A stretch of DNA of 64,000 nt from a virus: positions 1 to 64,000 of the IMG/VR virus record IMGVR_UViG_3300045988_158927; one strand, given 5' to 3'. Of this stretch, positions 18,624-27,233 are shown piece by piece; within the stretch, counting starts at the first letter, position 1; every line of letters begins with the position of its first letter. The notes beneath the pieces were generated by a model, which worked only from the letters and a program-made list of their open reading frames with translations, was not told the origin of the DNA and ran no database searches. The translations under genes were made by a program, and so were the position numbers.

Positions 18624-19553
18624 TCAATCCAGACGGTAGTAACGGTAGACAACCGACGGGGGAACCCACGTTGACGGATCAAGATTGAGCATCGCGCACG
18701 TCTCTTCCCATTTGACCTTAGCCGTTTCGTCGTGGGCGTCAGCCGTATAGAACTCCGGAAAGTCTTTATAGAACGCGACAAGGTGCGGGTCTTTCTCGGA
18801 GAGCTTCATCTTCGCCGGCCGGCCGCGCTTGCGCTTGAATTCTTCTTTCATTTCCTCGCCTTCTTCCTGCCAATGGGCGGGCATACCGTCCATTTGCAAC
18901 TCTTCGACAGACTTCCGATTCGGGGCGGTTCCGGGGCGTGCCAGCGACCATCCGCGACGCGAGTAATAGAGCGTCATGATCCCAGAGACATGCCTTGGCA
19001 ACCCGAACGGGTTGTTTTTGAGGTCAACGTGAACCCGGATGACGTTCTTAGTATCGACAAGCTTGGCAATGGCGTTGTCACGCAGCCAATAGACAAGCTT
19101 GATCAATTCCTCCGTACTCATCTTGTTAACGACACGGAAGCTACCCAACTCCGGGTCATGTTTCTTGCGCGGGGCCTTGTATTCCTGCACTTCGGTGGCG
19201 GTTTCGGTGGTGGTGGTTTCCATTTTCTTTGGTCTACCTCGACGGTTTGGGGTTTGAGTGAGACGCCGGTAAATCTCTGATGCCGGCCCTGTTTTGATCG
19301 TTACTTCTCCGTTTGCACCGTTATAGATCATGGCCATCCCTCGCCCGTCCGGTGTCGTGATGATCTCGACAGCAAGATGGTTTTTATGATCCAAAAATCG
19401 ATCACGCATCGCGCCGGACGATTGCTTGCCCATGACCTCAAATGCCTTGCAGAACGCTTGGTATGGCAGTGAATCCATGGACGAGAACGTAATGGATGTG
19501 ACAGGCGAGGATGACATGGACCGGGTCCCTATAGACGGCAAACGGGTGAGCAT
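18624..19553 (-). CDS. basic protein with two AT-hook motifs
   Basis: PNRRGRPKKM and KRKRGRPAKM (GRP cores flanked by K/R). It is the first gene of the leftward arm next to the iteron module. The start codon is uncertain (19565 GTG, 19553, 19478 or 19430). Confidence 0.5.
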   Translation of the reverse strand: MLTRLPSIGTRSMSSSPVTSITFSSMDSLPYQAFCKAFEVMGKQSSGAMRDRFLDHKNHLAVEIITTPDGRGMAMIYNGANGEVTIKTGPASEIYRRLTQTPNRRGRPKKMETTTTETATEVQEYKAPRKKHDPELGSFRVVNKMSTEELIKLVYWLRDNAIAKLVDTKNVIRVHVDLKNNPFGLPRHVSGIMTLYYSRRGWSLARPGTAPNRKSVEELQMDGMPAHWQEEGEEMKEEFKRKRGRPAKMKLSEKDPHLVAFYKDFPEFYTADAHDETAKVKWEETCAMLNLDPSTWVPPSVVYRYYRLD

Positions 19554-19688
19554 AGTACCGCGCACTACCCCACAGTGTCAAGCCGTAGCGTTTCGTATTG
19601 TTGCGAATGTCGCAAAGTTACCAAAAGATTCACGCCGATAGATAGCGCCGACAGAACGCGCCATGACCGCTTCGAAAATACACACTTC

Positions 19689-20077
19689 AAAATTGGCGGT
19701 AATTTTTCTTACCCCCCTTCCTCCGAGTAGTTAGACCCCTAAGCAATCACGTCGAAAAAATTGGCGGTAAATTTTCAGACATGAGTTCAACATGAGTTGA
19801 ACATTTAACGAACATTTATTCAACATGGTTTCAACGTTGCGTATCGTTTTAGAAAGAACAAGGAAATTGGCGGTAATTTTTCTCTCAACGTACATCAACG
19901 TGATAAACGAGAATTGTTCTCGTGTGTCTCACAAGATTTAAATAATTCTCCAAAAATTACCGCCAATTTTTCTCTCACGTTTCGCAATCTTAAAATTCGA
20001 TTAAGGCCCGAAACGGGGGTTCTTGTCATTTTTCCACACATTGAAATCTTGAGTGAAAAATTACCGCCAATTTTTTC
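19689..20077. repeat. iteron set: GAAAATTGGCGGTAATTTTTC x3 forward, x2 inverted
   Basis: Forward copies at 19689-19708, 19757-19776 and 19863-19882. Inverted copies (GAAAAATTACCGCCAATTTTTC) at 19952-19972 and 20055-20077. Confidence 0.9.
19781..19835 (+). repeat. five tandem 11-bp units, consensus ATGAGTTCAAC
   Basis: ATGAGTTCAAC ATGAGTTGAAC ATTTAACGAAC ATTTATTCAAC ATGGTTTCAAC, with one unit per helical turn. Confidence 0.85.
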
Positions 20078-20638
20078 AACGTGCAATTTCAATTGTTAAA
20101 TCGAGGATTCATGCGGGTTTCCGGGCGGTGCGGCATAGTTTTTGACATTGTTAAATCTCATTAAACGAATTTCTATTTTTTTTCTTCGTGAGGACCAGAT
20201 ATAAAAAAAGGTTTTTTCAAGATACCCCTATATATAGGGGTAGGTGGAAACACATGAAATTGCCGGGAGCCTCGGTCGGTGGTTCGGGTTGTCCGCCGGC
20301 TCACCCCGGGGGGGGGAGGGGGGTGGAAATATTGCCCGCATCCTGCCGACTACGAGCGGTCGAGACCCGGGGTATCTGGTGCGGGGAATTCGGGCGGAAT
20401 TATTTGGGATGCATCCGGGAATTCGGCTCGAATTATTCGGGGTGAGAGCTGCCAGAGATCAGGCGCTCTCATTGGTAGAGAGGACGGGGCTACCAAACGG
20501 ACCTGACGGTCCGGCTCTACTGTCTCGGCTCTCTATAGATAGGCGGTCAGTGCCGGTTGCTGGGAAGCGTCAGCGATCTTGACTAGCCGGCCGGTCTCGT
20601 GGGACCATAGATACATCCACTTCACTTTGGAAGAATCC

Positions 20639-23191
20639 ATGAGCTACGAGAACATCATCAAGGTACTGAACCCTAACGCCCCGGTCTGGGCCGTCACGTC
20701 GGCTACTCGCACGACGACGATGAATCCGAAACAACCCTATGTCATCGACAGGGACGGCAAGCCGTCTTTGGTACGGCCTGGGGACTGGGCGTCGCGACTG
20801 TATGACCTGCTGGACTGGATCGAGACCAAGCCTGCATCACGTCAGAAGAATCTGCGCATCGGCGCGTTCCTGACCAGAGAGGACGGTATCTGCATCCTTG
20901 ACGTGAAACTTGATGCCGACGGCAACCTGCCAGAGGACGTGGCCAAGATGCTGGCCGATGAGCCGACATACGCTGAATACACGACAGACCGCAAGGCCGT
21001 GCATATCTGGGGCTATGAGGCTGTGAAAGGGCTGGATGTGGTCGATCATCCGTCCATCAATTACTACACGTCCGGTTTCGTCGTTGTCACGGGCGACGGG
21101 TACGTTATGGACGGTATCGACTATTCGACGTTCCCGATTGGCATGGGGTCTCTGTCGATGGTCGCAAATTTCCTCGGCGCCAACCCGACGGAACAAGATC
21201 GAATTAACTACGCGCTGCTGGACGCGCCGCAGGATTCGAGCGACGAGGATGTAATCAAGCGGCTGCCAGACTGGACGAACGACATTGCCCTGTTCAATGC
21301 TGATGAAATCGCAGTGTTCTATGGGTCTGTCGGCGCTGCCCGCGCTCACGTCATCCGCGACATTCTGTCGATCAGCGGGAACGTTGCGCAAACCGTGCGT
21401 GTGGCGATGGCCAGATTCCCCCACGTTTTCGATGACCGTGCCAAAACTCTGTTGACGGTCCAGAACATCGGAAACTGCATGACAATCGAGAGCCGGCACT
21501 ACTATGACGAGGTGATGCGGCAGCAGAGCGAGGTATACGAGCCATACGGTGAGCTATTCGTGCCGTCATGGGTTCTTGAGGAAGGGGGTAAGGTGGATGC
21601 CTTGCCGGAAGAAAAAACGCCGCCAGAGCCCGCTATTCAAGCCGCAGAGGCATCGCCTAAAACCGTTGACGCTCTTCCAGCCGTCCCAGACAGTGAAGCC
21701 GAGCAGGAAGAGCTGTTTACCGGGGCTGCGCGGCTTTCCGGCGTGGACCTGTACGCCGACATTGCAGATACCCCCTTCGGACGGGCCATTACGGAAATGT
21801 CCCAGCGGATAACGGCCGACGGCGCGCCTATCCGTCTCTCGTATCTGATCGGCGCCATGCTGGGCGTGGCCTCGGGCCTGCTTGGGCGGCGCTACACGTC
21901 CGGGAAATTGTTCCAGCATCGGCAAGTGGGCAGTCTTTACGTCTCGATTGTCGGCGCGCCGGGCGTGGGGAAATCGTCTTCTTTCTCTCCATACATGCGG
22001 CTTGTCGGTCGCGAGCTGGACAAAGAGATCAAGGGGCAAGTCATCCCGTTTATCAATACGTTCCCTACCACAATGACGCAGTTTTACCCCTTTGCGATTG
22101 CCGCGCCGTCATCGTGCATCTACGTGGAAGACCAGAGCAAATTTTTCACAATGGCCAAGCTTTCCGATAACTACACTACGGAAACATTCCACGACATCAT
22201 GCGGTTTAGATTCGATGCAGCATCGGATAACGTGATGTGTTATAACCCGGTACGAGGCGGGAAGATCATGCAATTCCCGCGCTATTACACGTTCTCGGTT
22301 GTTGCCGATACGCAGATCGGGCCGTTTGTTCAATTCGTCTGCAATCGGGAGGTGTCGAGCAGCGGTCTGCTGTCTCGTATCTTGCCCATCATCGAGCAGC
22401 GCGGGCCGTCGGATAGCGTGTCGGATGATTACGTGGAGCCCGGTACGGTCGAGCGGCATATCTACCATCTTGCCCATGCTTACCTTGCGTCCAATCGCCC
22501 GTCGGAAGCGGAAGATGATGGATTCGAGCCGCCACGCTTCATCGAGCTTCAGTGTGAGCCCGAGGCGCTGGAATTGTTTCGGCATGGATTGAGTGTGTAT
22601 GAAAAAGTGCCGAGCTATAACAGTTTCGATAGTGACGCTCGCACTCGTATCGCCGCCCATAGCGCCAAGATCGCCCATATCGTCGCCGCCTATAATGCAG
22701 TGACCGAAGACGACAAGCCGCTTGTCACGTACCGGCTGATGCGCTGGGCAATGTCGTTTGTTCATGAGATGTTCATGCGCGCTGTCCCGATGTTCAATCT
22801 GGCCATCAACGGGGATGAGACCGCCATCATGAAGCGCGTGCTTTCGATGCTGGAAACGTATCGGAAGGACGGAACGATCAACGGCAAGCACTTCCAGAAC
22901 CGGCTAGGGATGAGGGTGCTTGATGCGTCGCAATGGCAGTTTTCAAACGAGATCATCCAGAAGATTTTTTCATCACTGGGGACCGTCGCAATCGGTCGAC
23001 AGACGTTAACTACGGCCTCGGTGCGAAACCTGTTGTCCCAAGGGAGGGGCGGAAATGGTATGCTTGTCGAATCAAAGCGGCAGGTGGATAGTGTGACGGG
23101 CATCATGTCTTCATGCTGGACCCTGAACCGCGACCTTATCCTGTTCCCGGAATTCCATATGCCCACGCTCTTCGAGGTCATCAACAAATGA
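20639..23191 (+). CDS. replication protein: primase-polymerase-like N-terminus fused to P-loop (DUF3987/D5-type) helicase-like domain
   Basis: RBS GGAAGAAT then ATG at 20639 (track start is TTG). N-terminal strands ICILDVKLD, KAVHIWGY and YYTSGFVVVTGDG. Walker A is VGAPGVGKSS. It sits next to the iteron module. Confidence 0.55.
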   Translation: MSYENIIKVLNPNAPVWAVTSATRTTTMNPKQPYVIDRDGKPSLVRPGDWASRLYDLLDWIETKPASRQKNLRIGAFLTREDGICILDVKLDADGNLPEDVAKMLADEPTYAEYTTDRKAVHIWGYEAVKGLDVVDHPSINYYTSGFVVVTGDGYVMDGIDYSTFPIGMGSLSMVANFLGANPTEQDRINYALLDAPQDSSDEDVIKRLPDWTNDIALFNADEIAVFYGSVGAARAHVIRDILSISGNVAQTVRVAMARFPHVFDDRAKTLLTVQNIGNCMTIESRHYYDEVMRQQSEVYEPYGELFVPSWVLEEGGKVDALPEEKTPPEPAIQAAEASPKTVDALPAVPDSEAEQEELFTGAARLSGVDLYADIADTPFGRAITEMSQRITADGAPIRLSYLIGAMLGVASGLLGRRYTSGKLFQHRQVGSLYVSIVGAPGVGKSSSFSPYMRLVGRELDKEIKGQVIPFINTFPTTMTQFYPFAIAAPSSCIYVEDQSKFFTMAKLSDNYTTETFHDIMRFRFDAASDNVMCYNPVRGGKIMQFPRYYTFSVVADTQIGPFVQFVCNREVSSSGLLSRILPIIEQRGPSDSVSDDYVEPGTVERHIYHLAHAYLASNRPSEAEDDGFEPPRFIELQCEPEALELFRHGLSVYEKVPSYNSFDSDARTRIAAHSAKIAHIVAAYNAVTEDDKPLVTYRLMRWAMSFVHEMFMRAVPMFNLAINGDETAIMKRVLSMLETYRKDGTINGKHFQNRLGMRVLDASQWQFSNEIIQKIFSSLGTVAIGRQTLTTASVRNLLSQGRGGNGMLVESKRQVDSVTGIMSSCWTLNRDLILFPEFHMPTLFEVINK

Positions 23192-25422
23192 CCGTTTCCC
23201 TCCGCTGGTATCAGCAAAACGCGGTTGATGCCGTCCTCAATACGGACCTCAAAAACCCGGTACTCGGCTTGCCGACGGGCTGCCACGCAGCAGGACATCC
23301 TATCCTCATGTTTGACGGCTCTATCAAGCGCGTTGAAGATGTGCGCGTAGGTGACGTTCTCATGGGGAATGATGGGACGCCGCGCAATGTTCTGATGTTG
23401 CGTGGTGGCCGGTCTCGTATGGTTCGTATCGAGGGCGACGGCTTGTCGTTCGTCGTGAACGAAGAGCATAAGCTTCCGGCCGTGTTTCGTGGGCGAGATT
23501 CCGTCTTCAAGGCAAAGAAACTGATCGGGCATCCGTTCCAGTTTTTTCGTAGCGTATCCGGCTCGATTGTTCGCATTGAGGGACGTGCTACGAGTGCACC
23601 CAAAGATTTCTTCTTCGGTTTCACTGTAGACGGCAATAACCGTTACCTCGATGGGAGTGGCGTCCATCATCGAAACAGTGGGAAAAGCCATACCGCTGCT
23701 GCCATCATCCGGAACATGCTCGATTCTGGCCGGATCAACCGGGCCGTCATCGCTACGCATACCGGCGTTCTGGTGGACCAAAACCATCAGGACTACGTGA
23801 CCCACTGGAAGAAGAGCGAGAGTGTTGGCGTCGTGTCGGCGTCCGTGTCCAGTAAGAAGGACTGGGCCGCTGACGTTGTGTTCGGTTCCGTCGGCACACT
23901 CATGCGCAACCCGGGGAAACTCGGGCCGCGTGACGTGCTGCTGATCGATGAATGCCATAGGGTGTCCTCGGACCCGAAAAGCGGTTACGCCACGCTGATC
24001 AATGCACTGCGCTACCATCGCCCGGAAATGCCCGTCATCGGCATGACCGCAACCTACTGGCGACTGGGCGAGGGGCTGCTATGGGAGGTCGAGAATCCGA
24101 TCTTCGACGGCATCGCCTACGATCTCTGCACTGGCCCGGATTTCACGCGCCTTGTCGATGAGGGATACCTCGCGCCGCTTGTCACGCAGGAAACGTCATC
24201 GCATGTTGACCTTTCCGGCGTTCGCACGCAGGCCGGGGATTTCAACCAAGCAGACCTGTCGGAAGCGGTTGAGCGTTCCGTGGCCGATGCCGTGCCCGAA
24301 TTCTTGGAACTGGCCAAGGACCGCAAACACGGTATGGTGTTTGTCGCCGGGACGGAAAATTGCGAGCGCGTATGCGAGGCCATCAACGAGAACGGAGAGA
24401 AAGCGATCTATGTTCACTCGAAGCTTTCGACCACCGAGAATCAGCGGCGCATCGCAGACTTCAAGGCCGGGGCGTACCGTTGGATTGTGTCCGATGCCTC
24501 ACTGACGACAGGCTTTAACTGCCCGGACGTTGACGTAATCGTGCTGCTGAAACCCACGAAATCATCGGCATCACACGTTCAGATGCTGGGCCGTGGCACG
24601 CGACCTTTCCCGGGCAAGATCAATTGCCTTGTGCTGGACTTTGCCGGGAACATCGGCCGCAATGGGCCAATCAACATGCCCGTCATCCCCAAAGGCGCGA
24701 AGGCCAGAGAGCGCGAGATCAAAGCGAACCTGCCGAAGGTAAAGACGTGCCCATCGTGCGGCCTCGATAACGACATTGATGCGGACGTGTGTGCGAACGT
24801 TGCGTGTGGCTTCCGCTTCCCGCCCGTCGATGAAAAAGAACTGCTGGTAGCTGCCAAGGCATCGAACTTGAAAGCCATGGTTGTCCAGCGCCACCGCTAC
24901 ATCAATCCTTCCAAACTTTGGTTATGGCACGGCCGCACGCATGATGCCGGCGTGCTGATGAACAAAACCGGAATGCGCTTCCTGAAGATCGGGTTGGCCG
25001 GGAAATTTGGCTACACGCTGAATGCCAAGGCCGTGAACGATTTGGGCTATCCGTCGATTGATGAGGCAGTGACCCGCATCACGGAAGAAGGGTTCAATGT
25101 CGGCGCCGTTGCTTGGGATACTGACGTGGAAAAGTACCCGAAGAAGGCCCGGAATGCCGGCGAGGTGAACCCGCGTGACCTGTATTGGTTCCCGCTGATC
25201 AACGGGGAATGCCGTACCGCCTTCATCGCGTCCGTGTGCAGTGAGAAACCGATCAGTATCGACCTGATCAAGCGTGGCGCCGAAATTGTCGGGGTGAAGC
25301 ACGTGCATCATTCCTATATCCAAGAGCAGGCCCGCCTAGTGCGCGTTGCTATGCAAAAGCGTCATATCCCGGTAACATCCGATTCCGTCGCCAAGTACAT
25401 CGATTCCATCAACCAAGACTGA
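23188..25422 (+). CDS. SF2 (DEAH-type) DNA helicase, interrupted by a mini-intein
   Basis: ATGA-coupled start. Motif I is split (GLPTG | intein | SGKSHTAA). Motif II is LLIDECH, motif III GMTAT, motif VI QMLGRGTR. A C-terminal Zn-ribbon reads CPSCG...CANVAC. Confidence 0.85.
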   Translation: MTVSLRWYQQNAVDAVLNTDLKNPVLGLPTGCHAAGHPILMFDGSIKRVEDVRVGDVLMGNDGTPRNVLMLRGGRSRMVRIEGDGLSFVVNEEHKLPAVFRGRDSVFKAKKLIGHPFQFFRSVSGSIVRIEGRATSAPKDFFFGFTVDGNNRYLDGSGVHHRNSGKSHTAAAIIRNMLDSGRINRAVIATHTGVLVDQNHQDYVTHWKKSESVGVVSASVSSKKDWAADVVFGSVGTLMRNPGKLGPRDVLLIDECHRVSSDPKSGYATLINALRYHRPEMPVIGMTATYWRLGEGLLWEVENPIFDGIAYDLCTGPDFTRLVDEGYLAPLVTQETSSHVDLSGVRTQAGDFNQADLSEAVERSVADAVPEFLELAKDRKHGMVFVAGTENCERVCEAINENGEKAIYVHSKLSTTENQRRIADFKAGAYRWIVSDASLTTGFNCPDVDVIVLLKPTKSSASHVQMLGRGTRPFPGKINCLVLDFAGNIGRNGPINMPVIPKGAKAREREIKANLPKVKTCPSCGLDNDIDADVCANVACGFRFPPVDEKELLVAAKASNLKAMVVQRHRYINPSKLWLWHGRTHDAGVLMNKTGMRFLKIGLAGKFGYTLNAKAVNDLGYPSIDEAVTRITEEGFNVGAVAWDTDVEKYPKKARNAGEVNPRDLYWFPLINGECRTAFIASVCSEKPISIDLIKRGAEIVGVKHVHHSYIQEQARLVRVAMQKRHIPVTSDSVAKYIDSINQD
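23281..23676 (+). mobile_element. 132-aa mini-intein (Hint domain only) in the helicase P-loop
   Basis: It starts with Cys (CHAAGHPILMFDG, block A). The block B-like segment is VVNEEHKLPAV. The block F/G-like segment is FFFGFTVDGNNRYLDGSGVHHRN, followed by the +1 Ser of SGKS. Removal restores PTGSGKS. Confidence 0.8.
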
Positions 25423-25426
25423 TTCC

Positions 25427-26407
25427 ATGGAAGACCGTTCCCTAGACCCCCAGCGCATCCTTTCCGCTCTCTCATTCATCCCGGCTGACCTTCCGCGTGA
25501 CGAATGGGTAAGGATCGGCATGGCCCTTCACTCGGCAGGCATGCCGTTCGATGCGTTCGACAATTGGTCGGCAAGCGGTGGCACGTACAACAAGCGCGGC
25601 ACGCTTTCGGTCTGGCGTTCGTTCAAGCGCGGGTCGATCAGCATCAGCAGTTTGTATCGCATGGCGATGGACAACGGCTGGCGCGGCGACACGGATACGG
25701 AGATCAAGCCACCGCCTAAGCGCGAGCTGCCGCCTGAGCCGAAACGGCGCACGATTGACGTGCATAAACTGGCGGGCACGTTAGTTCCGGCCACCGCGAA
25801 TCACCCCTACGCGCTGGCCAAGGGCGCGGAACCCCGGTTCATGTCCGGCCTGTTTGAAGTGCCGTCCGGTCACTCGATGCGGATCATGGGTGAGCGCATC
25901 GGGGGATTCCTCGCGGTCCCAGCGTATGAGGGCGAGACGCTGAAAACGTTCCAGATGATCGCGCCCCCGGACCGCGCCCGCGAGATGAAAGCCAAGGGCA
26001 AACCGTCGAAACTCAACCTGCCCGGTGGGTTCGGAAGCGCCTACCTGATGCTGGGGCATCCTGAGCCGGAGATCATCTATCTGGCCGAGGGCATCGGGCA
26101 GGTATGGGCTATCCTGTCGTGTTTCGCAGCGGTTGCCCATATTGCCGCGCCTCGTGTCGCGGCTATTGTCACGTTCGGTTGTGGGCGCACAGAAACAGTC
26201 CTACGCGAGGCGATGATGCGCCACCTTGACGCAATTTTCCGCATCGTTCCGGACCGTGGGCAAGAGGAAAAGATGCGCCAGATTGCCGCAAACTATTGTA
26301 ATGTCAGCGTTTTTTCTCTTCCCGAGAGCAAGCCGGCGAACTATGACGCGAACGACTACGCGCAAGAACATGGGATGTTTGCGTTGCTGGATTGCATCAT
26401 GCCTTGA
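25427..26407 (+). CDS. primase-associated protein (PriCT-2-like N-terminus, Toprim-like C-terminus)
   Basis: LSFIPADLPRDEWVRIGMALHSAG...WSASGGTYN...WRSF (PriCT-2 pattern). Later IIYLAEGIGQVWAI and NYDANDYAQEHG. Confidence 0.55.
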   Translation: MEDRSLDPQRILSALSFIPADLPRDEWVRIGMALHSAGMPFDAFDNWSASGGTYNKRGTLSVWRSFKRGSISISSLYRMAMDNGWRGDTDTEIKPPPKRELPPEPKRRTIDVHKLAGTLVPATANHPYALAKGAEPRFMSGLFEVPSGHSMRIMGERIGGFLAVPAYEGETLKTFQMIAPPDRAREMKAKGKPSKLNLPGGFGSAYLMLGHPEPEIIYLAEGIGQVWAILSCFAAVAHIAAPRVAAIVTFGCGRTETVLREAMMRHLDAIFRIVPDRGQEEKMRQIAANYCNVSVFSLPESKPANYDANDYAQEHGMFALLDCIMP

Positions 26408-26434
26408 TCAAAAACACACGTTCAAAAATTTTTC

Positions 26435-26463
26435 TTGCATCTTCGGAACGTTGTCTGTATAGT
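26435..26463 (+). promoter_or_regulatory. sigma70-like promoter
   Basis: TTGCAT (26435-26440), 17-nt spacer, TATAGT (26458-26463). Confidence 0.65.
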
Positions 26464-26511
26464 TCTATCCATCGACACGGCGGACACGCCACCTTCCAAC
26501 GAGGAAACATC

Positions 26512-27150
26512 ATGCAAGCCACTTCCCCCCGCATCATCGTCGTTTCGTCCCTGAATGCCCGGAACGCCCGTAACATCCAATCCGTTCTGTTTGCCGAGAA
26601 TGAGGCCGCCGAAGAGCACGCCATGCAGATTTCCGGCCTCAAATCCCCGGCCATCGTTGAGCGCCTCGCCATCGTTAAAGGTCTGACCGAGAAGATCGAG
26701 GAGATCGCCCCGGAACAAAGCGCCCACACTTTCATGCTGACCATTCTGAAAGTGCGCGAGATCAACGAGAATGAAGCCTTCTCGATGATGAAAACGTGGG
26801 CATGGAACCAAGAGTGTTACGTCGAAGCGATTCACCTTGCTTACGACTTCGCCAAAGCGTCGCATCTTGAGAACGCGGAATCAATCTGGTCTGAGTATCT
26901 GGATCGGTCGGTTGACATGCGCGAATTCCATGTAGCGCCGGTTACATACTCGATTGATCGATTCGGGAATTATGGCGTTCAGCATGAATCGTTCGTGTCG
27001 TGGCTGAATTCCATTCCGGGCGTGACGGCGCGTCTCGGCGACAAAGACGAGATTGTCGGCAACCGTAAGTCGGAGTGCCCAGTGAGTGACGATGATTATA
27101 TCGGCGAACTCTGGTATTCCTACGCTGATTGGGATATTGAGGCAGAGTAA
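26512..27150 (+). CDS. hypothetical protein
   Basis: RBS GAGGAAAC then ATG at 26512, downstream of the promoter. The track ORF start at 26392 lies upstream of the promoter. Confidence 0.6.
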   Translation: MQATSPRIIVVSSLNARNARNIQSVLFAENEAAEEHAMQISGLKSPAIVERLAIVKGLTEKIEEIAPEQSAHTFMLTILKVREINENEAFSMMKTWAWNQECYVEAIHLAYDFAKASHLENAESIWSEYLDRSVDMREFHVAPVTYSIDRFGNYGVQHESFVSWLNSIPGVTARLGDKDEIVGNRKSECPVSDDDYIGELWYSYADWDIEAE

Positions 27151-27204
27151 TCGACCGTCCGGCGGCTGAAAGTCGCCGGGCATGTTGCTTCATCACAAAA
27201 AGCG

Positions 27205-27233
27205 TTGACACTGACCGGCCGAAGCTTTAAAGT
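27205..27233 (+). promoter_or_regulatory. sigma70-like promoter
   Basis: TTGACA (27205-27210), 17-nt spacer, TAAAGT (27228-27233). Confidence 0.55.

Larger units (their letters stand above)
19689..20340. promoter_or_regulatory. noncoding iteron/AT-rich/G-tract module, copy 1 (putative replication origin or control hub)
   Basis: No credible ORF. Contains five 20-mer iterons, five phased 11-mers, a hairpin, the palindrome CCCCTATATATAGGGG (20225-20240) and G-tracts. It lies between divergent operons, just upstream of the replication genes. Confidence 0.6.

Noticed and set aside
18308-18781. 157-aa minus-strand ORF overlapping two other minus-strand genes.
   Set aside because: Arg/Ser/Thr-rich alternative frame. 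The two in-register genes (18294-18620 and 18624-19553) tile the region without overlap.
19907-19923. Interpretation of the 5-7-bp stem / 3-nt loop hairpins as N4-type virion-RNAP promoters.
   Set aside because: No giant virion RNA polymerase or other N4-like gene is recognisable in the window, and good sigma70 promoters are present. This is kept only as a remote alternative.
19689-20077. Possibility that the repeated 20-mers form a CRISPR array.
   Set aside because: The repeats occur in both orientations with irregular spacing (about 48-90 bp). The sequence between them is conserved between the two modules. No cas genes are present.
20440-20580. Structured-looking stretch (GAGAGC...GCTCTC, GGACCtgacGGTCC), checked as a possible tRNA or small RNA.
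   Set aside because: No cloverleaf with acceptor stem, T-loop (GTTCRANYC) or anticodon arm could be drawn, and it is not conserved in module 2. No tRNA-like sequence was noticed elsewhere in the window.
20244-20582. 112-aa ORF in module 1, and an equally long 112-aa ORF at 63496-63834 in module 2, both translating the G-tract as SPRG(G)EGGG.
   Set aside because: The similarity is at the DNA level only. A 1-nt indel just after the G-tract (GGAAATATT against GGAATATT) puts the two reading frames out of register, and the rest of the peptides are unrelated. There is no RBS.
20742-24018. Minus-strand ORFs (220, 157, 260 and 418 aa) opposite the replication genes.
   Set aside because: They are antisense shadows of well-supported plus-strand genes, with no start context.
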